Shown here: in pieces, positions 1 to 13,975 of the stretch | How the letters are laid out: every line of letters begins with the position of its first letter | How positions within the stretch are numbered: position 1 is the first letter of the stretch | DNA from: Sphyrna mokarran | Taxonomy: Eukaryota | Direction of reading: 5' to 3' | Assembly: GCA_024679065.1 (NCBI GenBank) | Contig: JAGIQG010000003.1 | Coordinates: forward strand, 127,720,001-127,784,000 | DNA: 64,000 nucleotides | Translations under genes and position numbers: made by a program | Notes under the pieces: model-generated | Told to the model about the DNA's origin: nothing | The model's input: only the letters and a program-made list of their open reading frames with translations | Databases searched by the model: none

Positions 1-1174
1 TCAATGAAACAAGGTGGCAATTTGAGATGTTCCTGACTGCAGTAGTACAAACTGCAGCTCTTCATCTTCTGATCGTACTAGGTTGTATTAACTGATACTC
101 TGATAGCCTTTTGCAGCTTTACATTTCAATATTGATTTTTAAACTAGCCACAATCAAACCACTCATCTAATAGCCCAAATATTACTCCAACTCCTTTCCA
201 AATTGTTCTCAAAAGCCTAATTGTACGCAATATTTTTGCACACCCAAAAAATGCTGTCTTTCATTCCCAATTTTCTGAACTCAAATCTAGTGTTATTATA
301 TAAAGTGCTGAGTAGATAACTGACTAATAGATCAAACTTTTGTCTTGCAACATGCTATTATTTGCAAAGAGCTGCAGTTCCATTAAAAAAACATTTGCAT
401 TTATATTGCTCTTTAACAACCGTAGCACACACCAAAATACTTCACCGGCAACGAAGCACATTCACATACTTCAATGAATATAGTTGGTTATATTGGTCGC
501 AGGATAAATGTTGACTGAGACATCTGGTTAGCATGCGTTAACTCATAAAATATAGTCTCAAATTTAAATTATTTCACTTGATCAACTGTCATATTTTATC
601 TGTGGTTGGAAAACAGAAATCCCAGTTGCCTAGGGCTCCCCATTTTCGAGAAGTCAACATGGAATCCCAAAAACATAGTCGCCAAGGACTTACATTAGGA
701 AGTTCACAGCTTATAACTCGTGGAGAAAATAAAAAATATCACTTTTCTGCTTACTTTAAGCAGCTCATAATATTGCAGAAAGTACATCACTTTCTTTAGT
801 ATCAGGGTAGCAGGCAGTTGGGAAACACAAGTTTAACAAAAGTAATGAAACTGCAAGAGGTAAAAGGAAGAGAGCCTAGGCTCACTTTACTGCTGAAAAA
901 TGTTTGTTTGGTCTGTGAATGAAAGCAGTAGTGGCACCACTCGCTCTTAAGCGCCTGGAGCAGAGAATATGCCCACCCTCACATACATTCTAAGTACCAC
1001 AAAATACGACAGCAAACCATGCAATTTCTTTTATTAAACTAAAACAGAAACTACCACAAGACTTTCCCAGCTTTCTATTACTTCTTCTGTCCTACCGCCC
1101 AACTATAATTTCTAGTTTCTCTGCCGGCTTTTGTTTCTAAGAGGAATTAAAGTTCATACAAAAAAAACACCTAC

Positions 1175-4100
1175 ATCATCCTCAGTCGTAGACGAGGGAA
1201 GTCCTCGTAACATAATCGTTTTGCTTTCTTTTTCATTGTTCAGGTCATTCCGATCCGGATCCCTATAGTCGCCATCTGAATGATAACCACCATCTGACCT
1301 ATCACTGCTTCTTCTCTCTTGATGTCTCTAAAAGCAAAGAGCATTTGAATCAAGAATATGGGCATAACAGAGCTACAGAAAACTGTAGAGCAAAGGTTTT
1401 AATTGACATAAAATGACAAGGCATTCAAAAGCAGATATAGTGCTTGCTGGAAATATTTTAGAAAGGTCAGCTATCTGAAACATTAACTATTACTCTTGCC
1501 ACAGATGCTGCCTGACATGCAGAGCACTTCCAGCATTTTCTCTTTTAATTTGACTGACGAGACAGTGAGAATACAAGTACGCACTGCCAAGTAAGCAAGT
1601 GCTGATTTGATCAGCCCTATCCAACGACTGCTGAGAAGCCATACACCTTCTTGCTAAGAAAAATAAATCAGGTGAGGCTGTGATTACTGGATTGTCACCC
1701 CTCACCTCCCAGAGGTCAAAAAAGGGGACTTTCCAAGATCGTAAACTTTTCATCCCTTTATCAACAAAGGCCTTAGAGGTGAACGATAATTCAAGCGAAG
1801 ATATATTTTTTTAAGTTAAATTAACTAACCTACAGATTCAAAGTTTGTCATAAAAGATGTGTATTTCACTATCTGACTGACCAACTGAATGACTGAATTC
1901 AGTCATCCAGAAAACAGGTCAGGTTCAACCATATTGAGTTTTAAGTTTAGTTCTTTTCAGACTTTCATACTAAAGCCATTTGTTAATGCTGTTGTAAATC
2001 AAATTATGAGAAAGGAACAAAACCAGAACTTGTGGGTTCTCCTCTCCTATCTATGGAGATGCACTCAACTGACGCTGATGAGGTTATGAAATCAGAGCCA
2101 CATTCATTGGAATGAATTCAATTTTGGATATTTGAATAGATACCAGGATAGATGAATGACACAAGGAAAAATTAGGTCAGGTACAGTGATCAACAGATTA
2201 CATGACTGACTTTAATTAATATTTTGTTACTATATTTAAATGAATTTTGCCTTCAGCACATTCTTGTGCACAAGGTGAGAATATCTCTTCTGCCTTGCAC
2301 CATCATCCTTTTTGTCATTTAATTACTTCTGACCACCAATCAATAGTTAATACTATTCCCTTGTTTAAGGAAGGAAGCAAAGATAATCCAGGAAATTACA
2401 GGCTGGTGAGCCTGACATCAATGATGGGAAAGCTTTTGGGGAAGATGCTGAAGAACAGGGTTTGCGCACATTTGGAAGAAAATTGACTAGGTAGTGACAT
2501 GCAGCATGGTTTTGTACAGTAAAGTTCATGTCTCACCAACTGTATTTTGAGGAGGTGACAAAAGATGATTAATGAGGGAAGGGCTGTGAAAGAAGTTTAT
2601 ATGGACATTGTAAGGCATTTGACAAGGTCCCACATGGCAGAGTGGTACAAAACCTAGAAGTGCATGGGATCGGGGGGCGGGGGGGATGGATGGAGATTGC
2701 TGGCTCACTAGATGGATACAAAACTGGCTTGGTTACAGAAGACAGAAAAGCAGTGGGTGTTTTTCAGAATGGAGGTCTCTGTTGTTTACAATATATAAAT
2801 GATCTGAAGGAAAACGTGAGATGTCTGATTAGTAAGTTTGTGGATGACACAAATATTGGTGGAGTTGTTGATAGTGCTGGAGATTGCCAGAGGATACAAC
2901 AGGATATAGATAGATTGGAGACGGGCACAGAAACGGCAGATGTGGTTTCATTTGAAAGATGTGAGGTGATGCATTTCAGAGGATTAGATTTAGGTGTAAA
3001 TTATACATTAAATGGCAGAACCCTTAGAAACGTTACATAAAGAGGGATCTGGGCACGCAGGTTCACAGTTCCGCAATAGCGATGAAGTGATCGCTATTGG
3101 CATGCTTGCTTTCTTCAGCCGGGACACTGAGTACATGAGTTGGGAAATCAAGTTGCAGCTAAATAAAATGCTGATTAGGCCACATTTGGAGTACTGAGTG
3201 TTCTGGTCACCTCAATACCAGAAGGATGCAGAAGCTTTGGAAAGAGTGCAAAGAAGGCTCACCAGAACATCAGCTGATGTTGAGGATGCTAGCTATGAGG
3301 AGAGGTTGAATAAACTAGGATTGTTTTCACTGCAAAGACAGAGACTGAGGGGAGACCTGATAGAAGTCCATAAAATTATGGGAGGCAGAGACAGGATAGA
3401 CAGTCAGAGGCGTTTCCCAAGTGTCAATTACAAGAGGGCACAGGTTCAAGATGAGAAGGGCAAAGTTTAAGGGAGATGTGCAGGGGACTTTTTTTTAAAA
3501 AACACAAAAGTGGTGGGTGCCTGGAACGCACTGCCAGAGGTGATGGTGGAAGCAGGCACATTAGCAACACTTAAAAGGCATCTGGATGGATAGATGACTA
3601 GGGAGGGAATAGAGGGATAATGACTGATTAAGAGGTTTTATTTTAGTTAGGGCATCATGATCGACACAGGTTTAGAAGACTAGAAAACCTGTTCTGTGCT
3701 GTACTTTTCTTTCTTCTTTGCAAGAGTCTTCTGTTCTTGTCCTGTCTCACTTTCCATTAACTCTATGATAGGTTAAAAACTGGAATCTTTCCAGCATCCA
3801 GGAAACTGTGGAATTTCTACGCAGACTGATTTTAAATCTCGATCTCCACTGCCTACATCATTTCTTACTATATTCACTGATCTTTTCCTGTACTAGCAAA
3901 GCAACACAACTTCTTTTTACTTTCTCTCTAATCTTTTGAAACACTGCATATCCTTGGATATAGAACCCCCAAACCCAATCTCCTTGTAATCGTGTATCAA
4001 CAATCATCACCAAATCACATCTATTTTTCTCAATTTGCATTTAACACAATTTTATTCCAAATGCCTTATGCGCTCATAAACAAAGCCCTTAAATTTGTTC

Positions 4101-7100
4101 TGGTATCAAATGTGAGATTCCATGCTCTGTCCCTTCTTTTTGTTACCAAAAAATAATCAGTCTCATCACTCACCTGCATTCCTACCTTCTTCTTTAACTT
4201 TGATTTTCCATCAGTTACAGTCTCCTCTTCTACTATTTAGTTTAAAACCCTACTTGGGAGCTGTATAGATTTCTGGAGTGCATTGATTTGATAAAGTTCT
4301 ACACAAAATTGATGGCAAAAGTGAAAACGCAGACAACCAAAGGTTTCCCTGTAATATGTTTTGATAACTTGTTAGAAGATAGCAAACAGTTCAAGAATAA
4401 ATGGAATAACTAAGTGGATGGATCTAGCAGGGCTCTCCAAGAATGAGTACTGCAGCCTCAACAGGTCATCATTTACATTAATGACTTAGATGAACACTTT
4501 TATATTTAAGCTGGCAGAAAAAATAGATGCAGAAAGTTGTCTAGATGAGAACGGAAAGTTACAAAGAATACAAGCTAGATGGGTAGGCAAAACAATGGCT
4601 GAGAGCTTCAATGATAATTCAGAGGCTCCACAACAACTTCACTATAAGTTACTCAGAACAGACTGTCAAATTCCAATAAATTTTCACTTACACCAACTTC
4701 AGAATTCTCAGAGTTCCGGTAATCTTGATTTCGGCGATTACGACGATCATCATTAGAACTTCTGTGATCATAGTCCCGATCGGTGCCCCTTGAGCTCCGG
4801 TCCCTCCGGTCTCTCAGTTCAACTCGATCCTTGATCTGATCAGATCCATACCTGCCATTCCGTTCAGTTCTACTTATTCTGTAGAGACAGAAAAAGCTAT
4901 GAGATAAAAGCACTGGACACAAGAGAAAAAAGATGAAGTTTCAATGGCATATTTAAAATATATAATCACATAGCCCAACTGAACTGCTGACATAATTTGC
5001 AAAGTTTATAGGCAATTGAGTCATATACACCAGATGTCCAAACTCATTTCAATGCTCCCAGTTAGGAATGCTAAAAATGGCCTATAGACTCCTTGCACTG
5101 GGGGTTGGAGAGAGAGATTAAAAAAAAGAACTCTGCTTCTACTCATTATCTAATTAATTTTAGAGATTATCTGGTTATCCATCACATGGGCAATTTCTAT
5201 TTGGGTAGAAATTGCACAAAAGACAAATACTAGGTTGGACTGTAATGCTTTACAAGGAAAAAAGATTTGCTTTATTGGCAACATACCCTGAGGATAATAC
5301 CACAGACCATCTTTAAATGCAACCTAATCAAAAATTAATACTTCTGCAAGAGAATGTGAATAATTTTTTTAAACTAATAAAAGGATGTATCAGTTTTAAT
5401 GTACACTATGGTGTCAGGCACACTAAGTCAGCGCATACAATGCACAATTACATTATTCTACTGTTAAAGTAGTTACGTGTTGAAGCCAGCATGATACAAT
5501 ATACTGCTTTTTCAAAACAATGTATTTTCTTCTTATGCAAGATCCATATACATAAACTGTATCATTTGTGCGGTGTGACATCCAGACTCAAAGACTCATC
5601 GATCTTATCTAGTTATATACAAGAACCAATGAAAGACAGCCATTAGCTATCACAGTAAATGAAGATTTAAGCCCAATATACTGAGGAGAGTGTCAATGTT
5701 CGTCTATCTTCAATGTACCAGTGCTTCACAAGAACTCAGCACTCTGTAGAATTCAGGGTGAGTGACACATGATCCAAAGCAGTACAACCTGAAAAAAGTC
5801 TAGGTGGAACACTTATAAGGGCTGCCAAATTTACTTTGAAGATCAGGAGTTGACATGGCCTTCTAAAAATGACTGTAGCCTGAGCCTGGAAAGCTAGCCA
5901 TGTTAATCAGTTGGAAATATAGCTATGTGTTGCTAAGCTTTCCTCCATAAAACTAGATGTATAATTAAATCAAATCATGACAGCAACAGAGCTAAAACAT
6001 CAAATGGCCACCTCTGCTCTCAAATAGAAGAGACCTAACATTAGATGCCATATTGCAAAAAAGAACCTCAAGGAAAATTGGGGAGGTGCCTCAGTTGCCA
6101 CTTTTCAATGATATCCTTAAGCCCTCATCACAGGTTCACTGCACAACTATGCCATGAACCAATACCACACTGCATATTACCTCATGATAGCAAACAAATA
6201 GAAACACAGCTCACTGGGAAACACAATCAGTTTTACCAGTTAATGAGAGATATATTGTATAGTCTCTTTGCAATGCCACGTCAGTGCCTGTAAAACAGTT
6301 GACTTCATATATGTCAAGTTATTTGCTCTAAAGCATAATACACCACATCTAGACACTCAGGAACACTCCTACGTTTACAGCTGTGGGTGCAACACATCAG
6401 AATTCCTACTCATTTCATTCTGAGCTATCAGGACACAAATTTCACAATATTGACTCTAAGGCTGCTGAATAACTAAAACACCTATGATGTCTCTTTAAGT
6501 CCACCGACAGTTTGAAAACATCCCTCCCTGCTTTGTTTCTCCTTTGAACTTTTTCCGGTTTTTGTTTCACCACTTATACATTTACAAATAGATTTATTGC
6601 AATTTGGGAAACAAAATTACTGAGAGTTTAAGGTTTCACAGCACCATACTACCACCATTTGTGTAGGTGTGTGTAAATGCATTCATAAACATCCGTCATT
6701 AATGACAAAAAATGCAAATGTAATATTATACGCAGAACAGCAAATAACCTGTTGACTACAATCATCAGAGCCATGCACTATGATTAGCTTGAAAAAAAAA
6801 CTACTTAAATTTGCAACTGTATTCATTACTTTTTTTTTTGCTTCACTCTTCCAAGATGACAAAAGATGTTGCAATGCTGGTTTTCCAATCTTCAGTCACT
6901 TACTAAATTGTAAGGTTTCAATAGGATGACGAGGAACTCAAAGCCTGAAGACTTTGATACAACTGATAAAAAAAACAGCAGCACCTTACTTTTAACTCAA
7001 ATTCAAACACTTCAAGGTGCAGAATTTGAGCTGGGAGTTGGAATATATCTCCAAGTGAAACCCCGTGTCAAGTTTAAATGCTTCCTCATCTCATTTCCAC

Positions 7101-7224
7101 TAACCATACAACATTCTTTAACCTAAACTCCCAAGAACAGCTTCTACCACACTACTACAATGTTCCATTTTGCCTCATAAACTAACAAATCAATTCAGGA
7201 TACTCACCTCTTATTGGAACCCAT
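1175..7224 (-). CDS. RBM5: RNA-binding protein 5 (RBM5-like), 5' part; gene continues beyond the left window edge
   Basis: Coding exons with GT-AG boundaries at 7208-7224 (MGSNKR), 4692-4878 (ISRTERNGRYGS...DYRNSENSEVG) and 1175-1327 (RHQERRSSDRSDGGYHSDGDY...ESKTIMLRGLPSSTTEDD, start of RRM1). Phases are consistent and the peptides closely resemble the RBM5 N-terminus (MGSDKRVSRTERSGRYGS...GYHSDGDY...ESKTIMLRGLP). Exon 2 acceptor is at 7281. Confidence 0.85.
2340..3720 (+). mobile_element. Degenerate CR1-type LINE, RT C-terminus and 3' UTR
   Basis: Broken ORFs contain CR1 motifs: DNPGNYRLVSLTS, YINDL...ISKFVDDT, IRPHLEY, FWSP...LERVQRR, RLRGDLIEV. Confidence 0.85.
3760..4260 (-). mobile_element. 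Degenerate CR1 ORF2 N-terminal (endonuclease) fragment
   Basis: ORF 3858-4040 has IQGYAVFQKIR...VALLV, resembling the CR1 APE-domain motif. Confidence 0.45.
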
Positions 7225-8699
7225 CTTTCAAAAGGACTCGCACGTGAGAACAGCTTCAAAACAATGATCAATGCTTATAACCTGATTTAAAAAAAAATAA
7301 AGCAAATCAGCATTAACACACAAAGTTAAACTGAGTTCAACATAAAAATCACTAGTATTTTGCATCATAGCCACAAGCTCCTGTTACCACGGAAAGCCAA
7401 TGCATTTTATTTCATTTTTCAGTAATTCTGTTCAGCTACTCTTTTATAGACTTCCATGCATTAAAGTATATTTGAAAGTAATTGAAGTTAGACAGAAAAA
7501 TTTGGGTCTTCCTAACTGATCAAGTAAATGTACCACATGGGGCACTGAGCCAGAAACTAGACTGTATAGGCATGATTTCTGACCCTTGGTGTATTAACTT
7601 TAAAAGATCCATAGACGGACATGTTTTTAGGCAAGTCCTCACATACTGGGCTGAACAGGGTGAAGTAGTCACATTTACAATTCTTCTCAAGGAAGTTTTT
7701 CTTCAGAGTAGAGTGTCCATGACTGCAGACAGATGCTAAGCAGCTTCGGGATCATATACACTTTTATATACTTTTACTGCAAACCAGCCAGCCATCAAAT
7801 CAAAATTACATTGAGCTTTGACACTAATATACTGCCCAACTCGTCACTTTATTATCATCTGTTTTTGAATCATTCAGCTCCCTGATTACAGTAGCTGTGG
7901 CAGTATCAGTAAAAGTGCACTCATACCAAGAAAATAATATTCTTAATCCTTCAGAAGCCCCTTTGATCCTGCTGTCCAGGAGATAACGATCTTGTTTGTG
8001 TTTACCACAGGATATACCAGGGCCCAATCTCAATACCTAACACATGCAACATCTCTGCTTTTGTGTGCTAGTATCCATACTCAGCTTGCTCCCTGAGTTC
8101 TACTAAACTTTTCCTCTGTAGAAATACCTCATGCTAACTTTCCTAGTGGTATAACTTGTACATCTCAACTGTTCTAATAGAGAGGCAAATCTTTACAACA
8201 TACAGAAAAAAGTGTCAAAGCAATTAAAGATATGTTCTTTGTTCTGCTAATACGAAACAAAGAGTACACGACCGCCTGATGTGGTGATGAAAAGAAACAA
8301 TTTGTACCCTACTTCCCAGTATCCCACTAATACACATTGAGCTAAGACTTAATCAAACCATAATCAAAACATTCAACAATCATACATTCTGAATAGCTAA
8401 CGGCTATTTCAGAAGAACTATATGTACTTCGGCACAAGTTCTATCAGAATGGTACAGTCAGTACATTTGAGCCAGAAATGTCTTGGGTTAAGCTCCACTT
8501 TCACTGCAGTAATACCACCACCAGGGCAAAAGTGTATTAGAGCCTCTTTTCTTGATCTGGATTAATGGCGGAGTGTGGTAGAGACAATTTTAAATTTTGC
8601 AGATTACATAAAAACTGGAAATATTGAGAGCACTAAGGGGTAATGGCAAGGGAATGGAACTAGCAGAGTGGGCAAAATGGCTTCTTTCTCTGCTGTAAT

Positions 8700-8985
8700 T
8701 ATCCTATTACCCTATGCACCCTGGACAAACTCTCTTCCACTTTCTTATGTTAGGAAAAGGATACAAAAGTCTGACAGCATGTACCAACCAACTCAAGAAC
8801 AGTTTCTTCCCTGCCATCAAACTTTTGAATGGACCTACTATATATTAAGCTGATCTTTCTCTAAATCCTAGATATAACTGTAACACTCTCCTTTCCTTCT
8901 TCCTTATGTATTCCATGAACAATGTCTTACAGCATGCAAGAAACAATACTTTTCACTATATCCCAATACATGACAATAAATCAAA
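8700..8985 (+). mobile_element. Rex1/Babar-like LINE 3' end fragment
   Basis: Shares 3' sequence with the element at 22245-22862 (gaatggacct...attaagctgatcttt...gtaacact...caagaaacaat...tttcact...gacaataa). Confidence 0.6.
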
Positions 8986-10627
8986 ATGATGTCATTATCA
9001 AGAGGTGTCACTGACACGTCAAGCAATTCTACTTCAGGTAAATGTATATAGTTTTATGATACACTCAAAGAGGCATTGCTCATTATCCAGCCATCTTGCC
9101 TCTGGGATCAACATCCATAAGAAAAATCAACTGTATTGAATTCCGTTAGTTATTCATTACTTTACAGAAATATTTATTACATTTATCCACATAACAAAAA
9201 AAATGCTTTAAAAGTATTCCATTGATAATAAAACACATTAGCATTTCATGGGGGGGAACACAGTAAGAAGTATCACAACACCAGCTTAAAGTCCAACAGG
9301 TTTACATGGGGGGGTTGTCATAGATAAATGTACCTTTTTTCTTTATAAAATGACGTTCCAAGAATGTTAACTCATTAGATTAAAGATCTGCTCACCAATC
9401 ATCCTTGTGATCAAAGACATCTATTGGCTCCTGATCCAATGGCTATATTTTAAAATCTCATCCTCCTTTTTAAAATCCTCCGTGGTCTCAAACATTCTAC
9501 CTCTGCAACTTGCTCCAGTCTTACAACCCATCAAAAACTCTTTACTATATTACAGCAGCAACTCAAAATATTTTAAACTGGCTGTAGAGCACTTTGGAGC
9601 ATCCTAAAGGTGTGGAAGATGTTACATAAATCTGAGTCTTTTTGTACATTTCCCATTTTTCTCACCTTCAGTCAAAATTCAGGTGCTTTTACCCTTCAAA
9701 AACAAAAACAGCGTCTTCAATCTAGTCAAACATCCCAAGTAGCTTCACAGACACGTGAACAAAACTAAACCCAAGACTCTATATTAGGGTGGACCAAAAG
9801 CTTGATCAACAGATTTTGAGAAAAAAGGCAAGGGAAAGCATTTCAGACCTTAAAGAAAGGTCATCAACCTGATATATTAAGTGTTTCTCTCTATAGATAC
9901 TGCTGGACTGGAGCATTCCCAGCTTTTTTTCTGGTTTTAAGCCTGGTGGCAGAGCAACAAAAATCCAGAAACTCAAGGGCACAAGTTGGAGGAGTCTAAA
10001 TTCTGAGGGTTTTGGGGCTGGAGCTTACACAGGTAGGGAGAAGCCAGAGCATCAAGACGTTTGAAAAAAGAGATGTATTGAGCAACTGGAGTAAACAGCA
10101 AAACTAAAATCCCTCTCATTTGAAGGTGCGTTGCTAAACCTACCTCTTGTACCACCCAATGTCTCTTCCTCTCTTTGACAATACCAATGTTTTTCACTTT
10201 TTTTTGAAAAAAATGAAACCAAGTCAGTGGTTTAGAAAAAAAACATCAAGTTAGGCAGCTCAAGTGAACAGACCGGGAATTTTTGGATCATGTTAAGTTG
10301 AATCTGAACGGGATAAAAGTTTAAGAACGAAAACAAAATGGCAGAAAATAAACAAGTGGAAATCTAAAAGGGATTAATCTGAAATTGGAATAATTAACAC
10401 AGCGAAATCCTATGCCGAATAAACTAGTATGAAAGCTCCCCCTGCAAATGTGAAGATATATTTAACTCATTTAGCATAAAAAACGACACAAATGGAAGAT
10501 AAAGCTTACAGGAGGACTTCATCCCGCTCCCTGTAGGCCTTACCCGATTAAAGCTGCTGAAACTTGGCGATCCTCAGCCGCCCGATTTTTCGCTATCGAG
10601 CTCTTCGATACTTTGCAGAGTCCTTAC

Positions 10628-10800
10628 CGCCGGCTGGAAAATTGGATACTCACTTCCCTCCCGTCGCTGGTTCCGCAGTAATCTCGCCACCCAAACGCGC
10701 TTAGCCGGCCTTCACCGCCTGTCAACAGCCCCAACCGCCATTACACTCACACTCTCTCTCACACACACACCCCAGTACAAACCGACAAGATGGCGACTGG
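10628..10800 (-). other. RBM5: Probable non-coding first exon of RBM5
   Basis: GC/CpG-rich segment ending in minus-strand donor CG|gtaagg (10622-10627), with an alternative donor gtgagt near 10648-10653 and a YY1-like CAAGATGGCG at about 10786-10795. Confidence 0.55.
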
Positions 10801-10900
10801 CAGCAGCTTAACCCGGCATGCACCCTGCTACAACATGCTGTCCTGATTGGCTCAAACCACAATTCCCCCTTTGCATTCTGGGAGTTGTAGTCCCATCGCC
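10780..10900 (-). promoter_or_regulatory. RBM5 promoter with ZNF143/THAP11 motif, CCAAT box and YY1 site
   Basis: Reverse complement of 10871-10894 is GGGACTACAACTCCCAGAATGCAA, a canonical ACTACAnnTCCCA-SBS motif. CTGATTGGCT (NF-Y) is at about 10843-10852 and CAAGATGGCG at about 10786. Confidence 0.7.
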
Positions 10901-11112
10901 TCAAAGCAAAGTAACGACAAGCAACCAGAGTTTGCATTAATATCGCGCCTTTCGACATACTCAGTTCAAGTTTACTCATCTTTGTAACAAGTAGGCTTAC
11001 ATTAACACTGCAGTGAAAATCAAAATGTAGAGATGCCGGCGTTGGACTGGGGTAAACTCGGTAAAGTTTTGCAACACCAATTTTAAATCCAACCAATTTA
11101 TTTGATAGTAAA

Positions 11113-11154
11113 TCCGCGAGCTTTCGACACTATGTTGTGCCTTCGTCAGGCAAA
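11113..11154 (-). ncRNA. Minimal type I hammerhead ribozyme (Penelope-associated)
   Basis: Reverse complement reads TTTGC-CTGACGA-A-GGCAC aacata GTGTC-GAAA-GC-TC-GCGGA: CUGANGA and GAAA core, stem II, stem I tttgc/gcgga, vestigial palindromic stem III. Confidence 0.75.
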
Positions 11155-11370
11155 TGCAGTGTTCTGATCTGCAGAGGCACTTTTATCCACACAGACAGTT
11201 ACAGATTGCTGACTAGAATGCGAATCCTTACATCTAACCTGCTATTCAAGTGTTAAAGTGGCTAACAATGTGTGTGAAGGAAATCCTGAGCATTGGTTAG
11301 AGAATTGTGTATTTTCTCCAGACAGCACAGTAAGTGAGGTTTTTTGCTAATCCAGGCAAGTTACGGGGGT

Positions 11371-13970
11371 TACAGATAGTGTGACATGAAGCCAAGATCC
11401 CTGTTAAGACCGTCCTCATGTGTGCGGAACTTGGCTATCAGTCTCTGCTCAGCAACTCTGCGCTGTCGTGTGTCACGAAGGCCCCCTTGAAGAACATTTA
11501 CCCGCAGGTCGGAGGCGAATGCCCATGACTGCTGAAGTGTTCGCCCACAGGAAGGGAACTGTTTTGCCTGGTGATTGTTGAGCGATGCTCATTCATCCGC
11601 TGTCGTAGTGTCTGCATGGTCTCCCCAATGTACCATGCTTCGGGACATCCTTTCTTGCAACGTATTAGGTAGACAACGTTGGCCGAGTTGCAAGAGTATG
11701 TACCGTGTACCTGGTGAATGGTATCCTCACGTTTGATTATGTCGTCCATGTCTATGATCTGGCATGTCTTGCAGAGGTTGCTGTGGCAGGGTTGTGTGGT
11801 ATTGTGGTCACCGTTCTCCTGAAGGTTGGGTAGTTTGCTGCGAACAATGATCTGTTTAAGGTTGTGCGGTTGTCTGAAAGCAAGAAGTGGGGGGTGGGGA
11901 TGGCCCTAGCGAGATGTTCATCGTCATCGATGACATGTTGAAGACTCCGGAGAAGATGTCGTAGCTTCTCCGCTCTGGGGAAGTACTGGACAACAAAGGG
12001 TACTCTGTCCACCTTGTCCCGTGTTCGTCTTCTGAGGAGGTCAGTGCGGTTTATCGCTGTGGCACGTTGGAACTGTCGATTGATGAGTCGAGCGCCATAT
12101 CCTGTTCTCATGAGGGCATCCTTCAGCGTCTGGAGGTGTCTGTCACGATCCTCCTCATCTGAGCAAATTCTGTGTATACGGAGGGCTTGTCCATAGGGAA
12201 TGGCTTCTTTAACGTGTCTAGGGTGGAAGCTGGAGAAGTGGAGCATTGTGAGGTTGTCTGTCGGTTTTCGGTACAGTGAGGTGCTGAGGTGACCGTCCTT
12301 GATGGAGATGCGTGTGTCCAAGAATGCAACTGATTCTGGAAAGTAGTCCATGGTGAGTCTGATGGCGGGATGGAACTTGTTGATATCATCATACAGTTGT
12401 TTCAATGATTGTTCACCATGAGTCCAAAAGAAAAAAATGTCCTCAATGTATCTAGTATACAACCTTGGTTGAAGATCTCGTGTAGTGAAGAAGTCTTGTT
12501 CGAACCTGTGCATGAAGATGTTGGCATACTGAGGTGCAAATTTGGTCCCCATGGCTGTTCCGTGTGTCTGGATGAAAAGCTGATTGTTGAAGGTGAAGAC
12601 ATTGTGGTCCAAGATGAAGCGGATGAGTTGTAAAATTGCATCCGGAAACTGGCAGTTGTTGGCATTGAGTACTGAGGCAGTTGCAGCAATACCATCGTCG
12701 TGGGGGATGTTGGTGTAGAGCGCCGAGACATCCATTGTGACAAGGAGTGTCCCTGGTTCAACTGCTTCATGCGTGCTGAGTTTCTGTAGGAAGTCCGTAG
12801 TGTCAAGACAAAAGCTGGGGGTTCTTTGTACAATGGGTTTCAGGATGCCCTCGATATAGCCGGAGAGGTTCTCACACAGGGTCCCATTGCCCGATACGAT
12901 GGGACGGCCGGGTATGTTTGCCTTGTGTATCTTTGGGAGGCAGTAGAGATCTCCAATGCGGGGAGTACGTGGAATGAGAGTCCGGAGGGTGTTCTGAAGG
13001 TCCGGATCAAAGGTTTTGATCAGAGTGTTGAGTTGACGAGTGTGTTCTTTGGTCGGATCCGCTGGTAACTGTCTGTAGTGTTTCACATTGTTTAGTTGTC
13101 GGTACACTTCTTCACAGTAGTCCGTTCTGTTCAGTATGACGGTGGCGCCTCCATTGTCTGCTGGTTTGATGACAATGTTGCGGTTGGTCTTAAGAGCACG
13201 GATGGCCTTGCTTTGTGCTTGGGTGATGTTCGGGACTGTCTTGTAAGTGCGGTTGATGAATCTGGTGTTCACGCACCTCCTGATGGCTTGGGCATACATG
13301 TCCAGTCGAGGGCAGCGGCCTTCCGGAGGAGTCCAATTGGATTCATTCCTCTTCGGTTGCTGCACTGCGGATCCCTCTGTCGGCTGTTCTTGTTCATTAG
13401 CTATCTCATTGAGTCTGCTATTGGCCTCTTGGGGTTTGTGGAAGAACTCACGCAGCCTCATTCGCCTGATGAATTCCTCTGTGCCCGCTGCAAGACTGAT
13501 GGGGTCCATTTTGGTGGTGGGACAGAAATTGAGCCCTCGGCTGAGAACTTCGATTTCCTCTGATTGAAGTGTGTAGTCTGACAGGTTAACAATGGACCTC
13601 CCTGCGGTAGTGTTGTTTTCTACTGTGGTGCCAAGAGAGGATTGGTTGTTGCTGGTGGCAATGCCGAGTTTTTCAAGTTTCCTGTTCTTGGTGTGTATGT
13701 AAATGGTGTAGTTTCTTTGTCTCTCTGCTTGGCGAAGTTTCGCATCTGATCTGCGTCCTGAGCGCAAGTTGAGAATATGTATTCCATTTTACTTTCCAGG
13801 GTGCGGCGTTTGCTATAGAGCTGGTGTATGAGGTGATTGAGGAGTGTGAGAGAGGTGCAACGGCAAAGCCTCTCAGCGTAGTCTGTGTTATAGGTTGACC
13901 TGAGTGGGTTCGTGATCTGTAGTCCCTTTGGTATCCTGTCTGCTTTCTTGCATCTCTGTAGAAACTTGAA
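11371..13970 (-). pseudogene. Penelope RT/GIY-YIG polyprotein, left arm (frameshifted)
   Basis: ORF 11752-13767 (RT), ORF 11498-11749 (GIY-YIG part) and an N-terminal frame within 13620-13970 (KFLQRCKKADRIPKGL). Frameshifts near 13720-13770, near 11890 (C-run) and near 11517. Confidence 0.85.
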
Positions 13971-13975
13971 TCCGC

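Noticed and set aside
6085-6135. GTGATGA...CTGA on the minus strand in RBM5 intron 2 as a C/D snoRNA
   Set aside because: Box spacing is too short, and no recognisable rRNA guide or second box pair was found
13912-13975. N-terminus (MICSPFGILSAFLHLCRNLNPQ) of the 544-aa ORF as a novel fusion protein
   Set aside because: It is the antisense of the left arm read across the junction from a non-ATG start, so it is a chance open frame
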